Part shown: positions 34,365-42,951 of the stretch, piece after piece | Position numbering within the stretch: the stretch's first letter is position 1 | Layout of the letters: each line of letters begins with the position of its first letter | From: Terriglobia bacterium | GTDB taxonomy: Bacteria; Acidobacteriota; Terriglobia; 20CM-2-55-15 | DNA: 64,000 nucleotides | Assembly: GCA_963664115.2 (NCBI GenBank) | Contig: CAXWPJ010000009.1 | Span: 640,001-704,000, forward strand | Direction of reading: 5' to 3' | Position numbers and translations under genes: made by a program | The notes under the pieces: generated by a model | What the model was told of the DNA's origin: nothing | What the model saw: only the letters and a program-made list of their open reading frames with translations | The model's database searches: none

Positions 34365-34868
34365 TTATGTCCTCCAAGATTTGGAACGGAGATCAAGAAG
34401 AGGTAAACAGAAGGATTGAACTTTATAATACTTCCCTTCCCAACACAAGTGACCCACCTGACTGGACTTCGGCCACATTGAATCCCTGAAACTCCGGATA
34501 TTTGTTTCCTGATTCTGGTAAATCATTGAGCGGTGCTAATGGAACCGATCTGCCTGTCAGGTTCGTGGAGAACCCGGTTCGGCCGCACTTGCGGCGTTGG
34601 TTCTCCCTCGCTCCATCAATAACTGACCCGTCTGAGATCACGTTCAGCAAATCGAGACCGGCGATCATCTGAAAGGGCTACTGAATTGAGTGTCGACTCC
34701 CTGACTTGGGCACACTCCGACTTTTTTGATTCTGAAGCTCAATACTCCTTTATTATTATAACTCTGGGTACTGCTACTCTTTGAGTGATCGCTCGAGCGA
34801 CCCTCTTACGGGTCGAATTGCAGACCCGGGATCGCAGCTCGGACTCCCTTTCCGGAGACAATCGAACT

Positions 34869-35270
34869 ATGACGAATGAGAAGATCCGCGTAGTCGTTGC
34901 CAAGCCCGGCCTCGACGGTCATGACCGCGGTGCAAAAGTGATTGCTCGAGCCTTTCTTGATGCCGGATTCGAAGTCGTCTACACGGGGCTGCGGCAAACG
35001 CCTGAACAAATCGTCAATGCTGCTCTGCAGGAAGATGCTGACGTTATTGGACTTTCGGTGCTTTCCGGAGCACATATGACGCTGTGCCCGCGAATTACGG
35101 AACTGATGAAGAAGGAAGGCCTCGACGACGTGATGCTCTTAGTCGGCGGCATTATTCCGGATCAGGACATCCAGGAGCTGAAAAAATGCGGTGTTTCTGA
35201 GATTTTTCAACCCGGAGCGTCCACCGTGGACATCGTGGCATACGTCCAGGAAAACGTACGCGGGAAATAA
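34869..35270 (+). CDS. Cobalamin-binding small subunit of an acyl-CoA mutase (IcmB-like)
   Basis: DGHDRG base-off/His-on motif, S.LSGAH, GGIIP. Confidence 0.93.
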   Translation: MTNEKIRVVVAKPGLDGHDRGAKVIARAFLDAGFEVVYTGLRQTPEQIVNAALQEDADVIGLSVLSGAHMTLCPRITELMKKEGLDDVMLLVGGIIPDQDIQELKKCGVSEIFQPGASTVDIVAYVQENVRGK

Positions 35271-35375
35271 AAAGATCTCTGAACATATCCATCTTCGATC
35301 GAAGCCCTCCCTGGTTGTGCAGTCTAGCAGTGTTTAACTGGCAGTCCGCGGCAGAGATAACACTCGAATTCCACA

Positions 35376-36029
35376 ATGCGATATGCCCTGGTACCGGTTA
35401 AGGAATTGAGCCAGGCGAAGGAACGGCTGGCCCCGCTGCTCTCGCCCGATGAACGCCAAGCGCTGGCCGTCGCCATGCTTGATGACGTACTCTCGACCCT
35501 GGAGCAATCATCGGGACTGGAACGTATTGCATTGGTCACGCGGGATGCACACGCCACATCGCTGGCCGTGGGGAGAGGATTTGAGGTGGTCGATGAAGGA
35601 TTGGGTCAGGGCTTGACCGACGCAGTCGAAACGGGCGTCCGGGCATGCCGCGACCGCGGCGCCAGTTCCCTGGCAGTCATTCCCGGAGATATCCCCCTGG
35701 TGACGCCGGCTGACATCGATTCCGTGATGGACCACGGTGCCCGGTACGAAGTTGTCATCGTCCCGTCGTGGGACAGCCGCGGCACGAACGCTGTTCTCTT
35801 AGAGCCGCCTGACGTGCTTCCATTGCGATTCAGCTCCTGGAGCTTTTTTCCGCACGTCAAGGCTGCCAAGCAGGCGGGACTCTCCTACAAGGTGCTGCGG
35901 CTGCCGCGTGTGGCTCTGGATGTCGACACACCGGAAGATCTGGTGCGATTGATGCCGCAGGCGATGGGAACACGCAGTTATTCCGTGTTGGAAGACATGG
36001 GATTTCTCGCCAAAATAGAGAGACGATAG
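35376..36029 (+). CDS. cofC: F420 precursor guanylyltransferase CofC/FbiD
   Basis: VPVK....AK.RL, AML.DV, PGDIP, GTNA, DVDTP.DL. Confidence 0.93.
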   Translation: MRYALVPVKELSQAKERLAPLLSPDERQALAVAMLDDVLSTLEQSSGLERIALVTRDAHATSLAVGRGFEVVDEGLGQGLTDAVETGVRACRDRGASSLAVIPGDIPLVTPADIDSVMDHGARYEVVIVPSWDSRGTNAVLLEPPDVLPLRFSSWSFFPHVKAAKQAGLSYKVLRLPRVALDVDTPEDLVRLMPQAMGTRSYSVLEDMGFLAKIERR

Positions 36030-36041
36030 CAAATACCTGAT

Positions 36042-36797
36042 ATGTCTTCTGAAATGCGCATCATCGGATTGAGGGGATTACCCGACATTACACCGGGACT
36101 CGATCTCGCTTCTACAATCGCCGAAGCGTTAAAGGCCGAGAGCCTTACATTGGGCGCAGATGACATTCTCGTGGTCACGCAAAAGGTGATTTCCAAGTCA
36201 GAGGGGCGGTTGGTGGATCTCCAAACGGTTACGCCTTCCCCCTTTGCCGAACAGTTTGCCCTCAGGCACGAAAAGGATCCCCGCGTCGTCGAGGTGGTTT
36301 TGCGGGAAAGCAGGCGCATTGTAAAAATGGATCAGGGCACGATTATTTCAGAAACGCAACATGGGTTCGTGTGCGCCAATGCCGGCGTGGACGAATCGAA
36401 TCTGAAAGATGAAGGAACCGTTGCCTTGTTGCCCGAGGACGCCGATCTCTCGGCAAGAAAACTACGGTCTGCTATCGGTCAACTCACCGGAGTTGAACCC
36501 GCAATCATTATCTCAGATACCTTCGGCCGCCCCTGGCGCGATGGCCTGGTCGACGTTGCGATCGGTGTGGCGGGGATGGAAGCGCTGAAGGACTACCGCG
36601 ACCTGCCGGACACCGAAGGGCGCGTTATGAAAGTAACAGCGGTGGCCGTCGCAGACGAAATTGCTTCTGCAGCGGAGCTGGTGATGGGCAAATTGGACAG
36701 GGTTCCGGTAGCGCTTGTACGGGGCTATGCATACACACCGGGCGACGGAGGCGTTGGAGAGCTTATCCGGCCCCCCGAAAAGGACTTGTTTCGATAG
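36042..36797 (+). CDS. cofE: F420-0:L-glutamate ligase CofE (single domain, no nitroreductase fusion)
   Basis: QKVISKSEGR, CANAGVDESN, SDTFGRPWR.G, ADEIASAA.LVMG, DLFR C-terminus. Confidence 0.95.
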   Translation: MSSEMRIIGLRGLPDITPGLDLASTIAEALKAESLTLGADDILVVTQKVISKSEGRLVDLQTVTPSPFAEQFALRHEKDPRVVEVVLRESRRIVKMDQGTIISETQHGFVCANAGVDESNLKDEGTVALLPEDADLSARKLRSAIGQLTGVEPAIIISDTFGRPWRDGLVDVAIGVAGMEALKDYRDLPDTEGRVMKVTAVAVADEIASAAELVMGKLDRVPVALVRGYAYTPGDGGVGELIRPPEKDLFR

Positions 36798-36816
36798 TAA
36801 GAAGGAGGACCCTACT

Positions 36817-37470
36817 GTGAAGATCGCGATCTTGGGTGGAACTGGGGAACAGGGCCCTGGCCTGGCGTTGCGCTGGGCGAAAGCGGGAGAGGAAATCATC
36901 ATTGGATCGCGCACCAGTGAGAAGGCGGAAAAGGTTGCGGCGGAGTTGAACGTCGAACAACCCGGCGCAGCAATCACCGGCATGGCGAACGCCGCCGCCG
37001 CCGAAGCGGCTGAAATCGTCGTCCTGACCGTACCCTATTCAGCACACCTGAAAACTCTGGAAAGCGTCAAGCAGCAGGTTCAGGGGAAAGTATTTATCGA
37101 TGTTTCGGTCCCGCTGGATCCTGAGAATCCAAGGCATATGAAGATGCCGGCGGCAGGCTCGGCCACAGAGGAAGCGCAGGAATTCCTCGGCCCGGAAACA
37201 AAGGTTGTCGCTGCGTTCCAGAATGTTGCGGCCCACCTGCTCCGCGATCCCGACCACGCCATCGACTGTGACGTAATGATTTGCGGGAACGACAAGGACG
37301 CGCGGAAGACGGTCCGGGAGTTGGTGGCCAAGATGGGCTTTAGAGTTCACGACGTGGGCACAGCCGACAGCGCTCGTGTAATCGAAGGCATGACCTCGAT
37401 TCTGATTCGCCTGAACATTCGAAACAAGGTGAAGGCTGGAGGGATCCGCCTGACTGGTCTGCCGGGATAG
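36817..37470 (+). CDS. npdG: F420H2:NADP+ oxidoreductase (Fno/NpdG)
   Basis: GGTGEQG.GLA.RW, IGSR, LTVPY, VPL, AFQNVAA; GTG start after AAGGAGG. Confidence 0.92.
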   Translation: MKIAILGGTGEQGPGLALRWAKAGEEIIIGSRTSEKAEKVAAELNVEQPGAAITGMANAAAAEAAEIVVLTVPYSAHLKTLESVKQQVQGKVFIDVSVPLDPENPRHMKMPAAGSATEEAQEFLGPETKVVAAFQNVAAHLLRDPDHAIDCDVMICGNDKDARKTVRELVAKMGFRVHDVGTADSARVIEGMTSILIRLNIRNKVKAGGIRLTGLPG

Positions 37471-37502
37471 ATGGTTTTGACAAACGTCAATTCAAAACAT
37501 CT

Positions 37503-38786
37503 TCACTTGGCGATCACCTTAGCTCGACGCGAATAGCGAAACTCTTTCGACGTGGCCAGCTTGGTGTAAGAGCCGAAGCGTTGGTCGGAATCTTCGATGG
37601 AGTCGAGCGGGGTCGGGGTATCGTCGTTCTCGTTTGCGTCGTATACGTGAAGCAATTCGTAATTCGTCTTGCGTTGGGCCGGAACGCGTCCTGCATCGCG
37701 AATCAGACGGCGGAGTTCTTTCGGTGGAATAAGCTGTCCGTATTGGGCGCCGGCTGAGGTGGAAATACTCTCGTTCATCAGTGTCCCGCCGACGTCGTTC
37801 GCCCCCGCCCCCAGCAGCAATTGTGCAAGCCGCGGTCCCTCCTTCACCCATGATGACTGGAGGTTGGGTATGGAAGCGCCCAGCATTAATCGAGCAACAG
37901 CATGCAGTTTAACCACCTCCATACCGCTCGGGCCGGGACGCATGTTCTTGTGCACACGATGCTGATACATCGGAGCTTCCTGGGAAATCATCGAAAGAGG
38001 TACGAACTCTGTGATCCCACCCGTGTCGTGCTGAATGTCCCGCAGCAACTCCATGTGTTTCACCCAATGTAGCGGCGTTTCAATGTGGCCATACATTATC
38101 GTTGAGGTCGTAGGAATGCCGAGGCTGTGGGCCGTTCGAATGACCTCGACCCACTGCTTCACCGTAATGCGTCCCGGGGAAATCACGTCACGCACGTCCT
38201 GGTCGAGAATTTCCGCCGACGTGCCCGGAAGGGAATCCAGTCCGGCCTCTTTGAGGGCCTTAAGATAGTCCTCGATCGACGTACCGGACCGTGTCGCGCC
38301 ATAAAGCACCTCTTCGGGCGAAAACGCGTGTATGTGGACATCCGGAACGACCTTCTTGACCTCTCGCGTGAGATCCACGTAGAGGTTCCCATCCATGTCC
38401 GGTGGCATGCCGGCTTGCATGCACACTTCCGTTGCGCCCATTTCCACGGCTTCAACCGTTCGCCGGATGATTTCGTCAAAGGTTAGAAGGTAGCCCTCTT
38501 CGTTTCGATACGTCCGGCTGAATGCACAGAAACCGCAAGCCTTCACGCAGACGTTGGTGAAGTTAATGTTGCGATTGATGACGTAGGTCACCGTGTCGCC
38601 CACCTGGATCTTTCTCAACTGGTCGGCGGCAAAAACGGTTGCGTGAAAGTCCGCTCCGTTTGTCTCGCACAATCGGACCGCTTCGGTCCCGGAGATCTCT
38701 TCACCTTCCAACGCCCGGGACAGAATTCTGTTTATGTCCGGATCGATGTTACCCGGCAAAGAAGGCAGCGTATCGCGTGTCATCAA
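37503..38786 (-). CDS. cofH: FO synthase subunit CofH (radical SAM)
   Basis: NRNINFTNVC...C.FC, PGTSAEIL, STIMYGH, EFVPL, Q.SWVK.G, GGTLMNE.IS..AG. Confidence 0.93.
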   Translation of the reverse strand: MMTRDTLPSLPGNIDPDINRILSRALEGEEISGTEAVRLCETNGADFHATVFAADQLRKIQVGDTVTYVINRNINFTNVCVKACGFCAFSRTYRNEEGYLLTFDEIIRRTVEAVEMGATEVCMQAGMPPDMDGNLYVDLTREVKKVVPDVHIHAFSPEEVLYGATRSGTSIEDYLKALKEAGLDSLPGTSAEILDQDVRDVISPGRITVKQWVEVIRTAHSLGIPTTSTIMYGHIETPLHWVKHMELLRDIQHDTGGITEFVPLSMISQEAPMYQHRVHKNMRPGPSGMEVVKLHAVARLMLGASIPNLQSSWVKEGPRLAQLLLGAGANDVGGTLMNESISTSAGAQYGQLIPPKELRRLIRDAGRVPAQRKTNYELLHVYDANENDDTPTPLDSIEDSDQRFGSYTKLATSKEFRYSRRAKVIAK

Positions 38787-38861
38787 GTTCCTCGGTTCAG
38801 AATCAATTCGTCAAATGGCCGGTACCTGCCCGCTTACCCTAGAGTCCAGCCCTTTATATTC

Positions 38862-40013
38862 CTATACAATCGCAGCTTGAAGATCCAACACTATCGCTTC
38901 CAGACGGTCGGGAAGAAATCCCTGACGCTCAATGTATTCATCGTAGATTGCCAGCCGCTCGCACAACTCAAACCCCTCTTCCCGACAGGTATCAGCAAGC
39001 GATTGGATGTGTGGCCAGGCCGCTTCAGGATTGACGTAGTCCTCGGTTACCGGTGAAATACCGCCCCAGTCGTTGATACCCGCGCGAAGCAAAAGCCTGT
39101 AATCGTCGGGATTCAGGTTCGGGGGAACCTGAAGGTTCATGTCCGGGCCCAAAATCAGGCGGGCTACGGCAACGGTCTTCGCGATTTCCATTGCATCCGG
39201 CTCGGGAAACTCCGACATGCGCGTGTCAGCCTTGGCACGGAAGTTCTGGACAATAACTTCCTGGATGTGACCGTAGGTTTCGTGAAGATCACGAATAGCG
39301 ATGAGACTGTCGACAATTTCATCGCGGGTTTCTCCAATCCCGATGAGAATTCCTGTCGTGAAGGCAATAGACAACTCTCCCGCCTCACGCAGCATTCGCA
39401 GACGAACTTCAGGGTGCTTGTCCGGTGCTGAAAAGTGCGGCATGCCTTTCAGGGACAGCCGTGGACTGACCGTCTCAAGCATCAAACCGAGGCTGGCGTT
39501 CACCGGTTTCAGTAACTCCATCTCCTCGAAACTGAGCACACCTGCATTCGTGTGCGGCAGGAACCCGTGCTCAGCTGCCATTTCACAGGCACGGAACACG
39601 TATTCAGCAGTCGTCTGGTGCCCAAAACTGGCCAGAGTTTCGCGATAATGTGGATAGGCCACCTCCGGTTTATCGCCCAGGCACATCAGTGCTTCCTTGC
39701 AACCCTGCGCACTTCCCAACTCAAGCGTGTGGCGGATATCGCTCGGCGTCATCGTCCATTCATCCGGGTCGGTCGGATCCTTCCGGAAGGTGCAATAGGA
39801 GCAACGGTCCCGGCATAGATTCGTAACGGGGAGAAATACTTTTCTCGAGTAGGTCACGACCCTGCCCTTCGACCGATCGCGCAGCTGGCCTGCCGTCTCA
39901 ATGACGGACTCGACTTCAGAGGCTTCGCAGTGAATCAGGCGGTATCCCTCTTCAGGCGAAAGGGATTCACCGGCAAGTGCCTTTTCCAGAATCATGTCGA
40001 TTCGCAGGGGCAT
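38862..40013 (-). CDS. cofG: FO synthase subunit CofG (radical SAM)
   Basis: TYSRKVF.P.T.LCRDRC.YC.F, LPH.NAG, HIQEVIVQNF, QVPPNL, D.GGISP.T.D.VNPE..WP. Confidence 0.95.
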   Translation of the reverse strand: MPLRIDMILEKALAGESLSPEEGYRLIHCEASEVESVIETAGQLRDRSKGRVVTYSRKVFLPVTNLCRDRCSYCTFRKDPTDPDEWTMTPSDIRHTLELGSAQGCKEALMCLGDKPEVAYPHYRETLASFGHQTTAEYVFRACEMAAEHGFLPHTNAGVLSFEEMELLKPVNASLGLMLETVSPRLSLKGMPHFSAPDKHPEVRLRMLREAGELSIAFTTGILIGIGETRDEIVDSLIAIRDLHETYGHIQEVIVQNFRAKADTRMSEFPEPDAMEIAKTVAVARLILGPDMNLQVPPNLNPDDYRLLLRAGINDWGGISPVTEDYVNPEAAWPHIQSLADTCREEGFELCERLAIYDEYIERQGFLPDRLEAIVLDLQAAIV

Positions 40014-40033
40014 CTAGTCATTTTACATCAGGT

Positions 40034-40074
40034 GGGACGGACACTTCAGAATCGGATTCTGAAGTGTCCGTCGC
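40034..40074. repeat. Palindromic REP-like element, copy 1
   Basis: GACGGACACTTCAGAATC-G-GATTCTGAAGTGTCCGTC. Confidence 0.85.
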
Positions 40075-41028
40075 CTACAATTTCCCAAACTTCGTATTGG
40101 AGACGATCTTTTCAACAATCGAATACGGATCCTGCTTACGATCCGCAATTTCACCGATAATCCTATCCAGGTCTCCGTCGGCAAAGACATCATCGAGAGC
40201 TGTGCTCACCAGCCGCACCTGCAACTGTGTCATCAGCCGCCCCCGGGCAGCAGCGCGTTTCTTCTGGTTCGAAATATTCGAATCCTCGAAAAACTGCCTA
40301 CACTCGGCGATTCTCTCGACTAATTCGGCGACGCCGTCACCCTTAGTCGCCACCGTCTTGACGATAGTAGGATTCCAACCGTCCGCACGATGTGCCAACG
40401 ACAGCATTGCGGTGATCGCACTCTCCATTTTTTCAGCCCCGGGACGGTCCGATTTGTTGATCACGAAAATATCCGCGATTTCCATGATGCCGGCCTTGAT
40501 TGTCTGAATGTCATCTCCCATTCCCGGAACCAGGACCACCACCGAAACGTCTGCCAGCTTTGCGATCTCAATCTCATCCTGGCCCACGCCCACCGTTTCG
40601 ACGATGATCGGGTCGCGGCCGGCAGCATCCATGACGGTTACCACGTCCGCCGTTGTCGCGGCCAGACCGCCCATGTTGCCTCGCGTTGCCATGCTTCTGA
40701 TATAGATTTCGGGGTCGACACCCAGTGTCTGCATCCGAATGCGATCACCAAGAATCGCGCCGCCGGTGAACGGGCTGCTTGGATCCACGGCGACAATACC
40801 AACTCTTTCGTCTCTCTGCCTGCAGTCCAGCGCCAGTCGATCCACAAGCGTACTCTTACCCGCCCCGGGACTTCCGGTTACGCCAAGAATCCTCGACTGT
40901 CCACTCTTGGAAAACAATTGCTGCAGGATGTCCAGGCTGTCGGGCGAACGATTTTCGACTCGCGTGATCACGCGAGCCAAAGCACGTATCTCACCGTTTA
41001 AGAGACCCGATATAAGGTCTTTATCCAT
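40075..41028 (-). CDS. meaB: MeaB/ArgK GTPase, B12 mutase chaperone (paralogue 1)
   Basis: GSPGAGKST, VDPSSP.TGGA.LGDR.RM, ETVGVGQ, NKSD. Confidence 0.92.
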   Translation of the reverse strand: MDKDLISGLLNGEIRALARVITRVENRSPDSLDILQQLFSKSGQSRILGVTGSPGAGKSTLVDRLALDCRQRDERVGIVAVDPSSPFTGGAILGDRIRMQTLGVDPEIYIRSMATRGNMGGLAATTADVVTVMDAAGRDPIIVETVGVGQDEIEIAKLADVSVVVLVPGMGDDIQTIKAGIMEIADIFVINKSDRPGAEKMESAITAMLSLAHRADGWNPTIVKTVATKGDGVAELVERIAECRQFFEDSNISNQKKRAAARGRLMTQLQVRLVSTALDDVFADGDLDRIIGEIADRKQDPYSIVEKIVSNTKFGKL

Positions 41029-41108
41029 CAGGAACTTAGACGACTAGAGGGAAGTTTTAGGGTGTTGATTCCCATGGATCGCATTGTATCGCATAGAATA
41101 CGGCGCTT

Positions 41109-41510
41109 ATGATGGAAGTCAAACTACAGACCTACTGGCCCGATTGTGATCCGGCCGGCATCGTTTATTTTGCCAATTTTTTCCGCTTCATCGGGTTGGC
41201 CGAAGAAGAGCTGTTTCTCCTCGCCAAACAGCGCCGCCAGAAAATGCTCGACGCACATGACCTCTGGATGCCGCGTGTAGAAACGCACGCAAAATTTCTC
41301 AAACCGATTCAGAACGGCAGTGCGATTCGAGTGCGTATGGACGCGCAGTTTCAGGGTGAAAAGACGGTACGTTACGACTTTGAGGTGCTGGACAACGCGA
41401 CGGATGCTTTGCTCGCTACCGGTTTCCTGACAGCCGTCTGCGTGGACCGGAAAACGTTCAAGGCAAAACCAATACCTGAAGAAATAAGAAACGTGCTCCG
41501 CGGGACTTGA
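41109..41510 (+). CDS. Hotdog-fold acyl-CoA thioesterase (4HBT/YbgC family)
   Basis: DCDPAGIVYF.N motif, 133 aa. Confidence 0.85.
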   Translation: MMEVKLQTYWPDCDPAGIVYFANFFRFIGLAEEELFLLAKQRRQKMLDAHDLWMPRVETHAKFLKPIQNGSAIRVRMDAQFQGEKTVRYDFEVLDNATDALLATGFLTAVCVDRKTFKAKPIPEEIRNVLRGT

Positions 41511-41512
41511 AA

Positions 41513-41553
41513 GGGACGGACACTTCAGAATCGGATTCTGAAGTGTCCGTCCC
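41513..41553. repeat. Palindromic REP-like element, copy 2 (between convergent genes; possible bidirectional terminator)
   Basis: GGGACGGACACTTCAGAATC-G-GATTCTGAAGTGTCCGTCCC, 20-bp arms. Confidence 0.85.
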
Positions 41554-41559
41554 CTGAGA

Positions 41560-42489
41560 CTAATCCTGAATGGACGGCAGAACGTCTTTAGCGAACCATT
41601 CAATTTTCTCTCGACGCTCGGGCCAGCGGCCTTTCATGAACTGAAGCGCCATGTGTTTCACGCCGATGTCCTTGAACTTCTGCAGCGCCGCGATCAACTG
41701 CTCTGGCGTACCCTCGAGTACGTCGTCCTGCTGGTCCACCGGATCCTTCGTGATCTCAATGGGACGACAGCAGCAAAGGTCGACCTGACCTTCCCTTCCG
41801 AGTTCAGCGGCTGCGGTCTGAACCCTGCCGTATTTGGCCGCAAGATCTTCAGCAGAAATTCTCACGTGGTAAGAGAACCATGCGTCGCCATACTTGGCGG
41901 CACGTTTTACTGCCGCTTCACTTTCTCCCCCCGTCCAGATCGGAAAGCGAGGTTTCTGGACCGGCTTCGGGTTGACCGCCAGCTCAGCAAACTGGTAGTG
42001 CTTTCCGTTGTAGCTCGGCTTCTCTGACTTCCAGAGGAGGTTGAAGATCTCAAGCTGCTCATTGCCCATCGCTCCCCTCTTCTTGAAGGGAACACCCAAG
42101 GCGTTGAATTCTTCGATCATCCAGCCAATCCCGGCGCCAAGGATCATCCGTCCGTTTGAAAGCGTGTCGATAGACGTGGCAACCCGGGCCGTGTAAAGCG
42201 GGTGCCGGAAGGGCAGGACGGCAACGCTGATACCGAGTTTGACTTTCTTAGTGACGCCGGCCAGGAAGGACAGGCAAGTCAGCGGCTCCAGGAAAGGAAC
42301 CTCGGGAGAGACGAACCACTGGGAGTTATCCTTGTAGGGATAAGCCGTTTCCATCTTCCAGGGATTAACAAGGCGTTCCGCCGCCCAAACCGAAGAGTAG
42401 CCCAGATTCTCGGCCTGCTGGGCAGCGTCAGTCAATACTTCTGGAACTGCTGCTCGCCCGGAGACGGGGAGAAAGACTCCAAGTTGCAT
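41560..42489 (-). CDS. Luciferase-like (LLM) putative F420-dependent oxidoreductase (Rv2161c-like)
   Basis: AE.LGY.S.W, EPL..L..LA, LP.RHP, D.LS.GR..LG.G.GW..EEF..LGV.F..RG, PKPVQ.P..PIW.GG. Confidence 0.85.
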   Translation of the reverse strand: MQLGVFLPVSGRAAVPEVLTDAAQQAENLGYSSVWAAERLVNPWKMETAYPYKDNSQWFVSPEVPFLEPLTCLSFLAGVTKKVKLGISVAVLPFRHPLYTARVATSIDTLSNGRMILGAGIGWMIEEFNALGVPFKKRGAMGNEQLEIFNLLWKSEKPSYNGKHYQFAELAVNPKPVQKPRFPIWTGGESEAAVKRAAKYGDAWFSYHVRISAEDLAAKYGRVQTAAAELGREGQVDLCCCRPIEITKDPVDQQDDVLEGTPEQLIAALQKFKDIGVKHMALQFMKGRWPERREKIEWFAKDVLPSIQD

Positions 42490-42951
42490 AAGGGATATGC
42501 CTCCTTCTTAAACATTAGCGAATTAGTGCTGTTGGCGAATCTTCGGCGAATCTTCAAATCACTCGCAGGTGTAGGAGGAGATAGGAGCTCTGCCGATCGG
42601 CCAGAATAGCAGATGCGCCGCATTGGGTGCAAGCGAGGGTAGCGGGCCCAAGCAACCGTGGGGCAGCACCTTCGGGCGTGCATTTTCAAGTGCTGGCACG
42701 ATCCGCTCACGCCACATGGTCATTCAATAAGGCGACTGGGGGAAACCATCTCCTCCGTCTCGTTTTCAATCACTTCCAGCCCCGTCCAGGCCCAACATTC
42801 CTGATATATACTGGGCGCGCAGTCAGATCAGCGGATAGCCGTCCTACGGGGCCGTCAGGAGCAAATCTGAATGTCGCCGGGTGGTCCCGAACCTGTTTTA
42901 AATGAGGCTGTTGGAGATGTTCAAGCGGAAGTCTGCGAGAGAATTACACAC

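Noticed and set aside
34365-34868. Cobalamin riboswitch between the divergent mutase genes
   Set aside because: Hairpins are present (GGAGAACC...GGTTCTCC), but I could not find the AGGGAA / GCCACTG / B12-box consensus on either strand; an Infernal scan would settle it
37503-38786. MqnC/MqnE menaquinone radical SAM enzyme
   Set aside because: Same superfamily, but adjacency to cofG and the SWVK.G / GGTLMNE motifs favour CofH
42490-42951. Cobalamin riboswitch or sigma54 promoter upstream of scpA
   Set aside because: No B12-element consensus seen; TGGCACGATCC lacks the -12 TTGC
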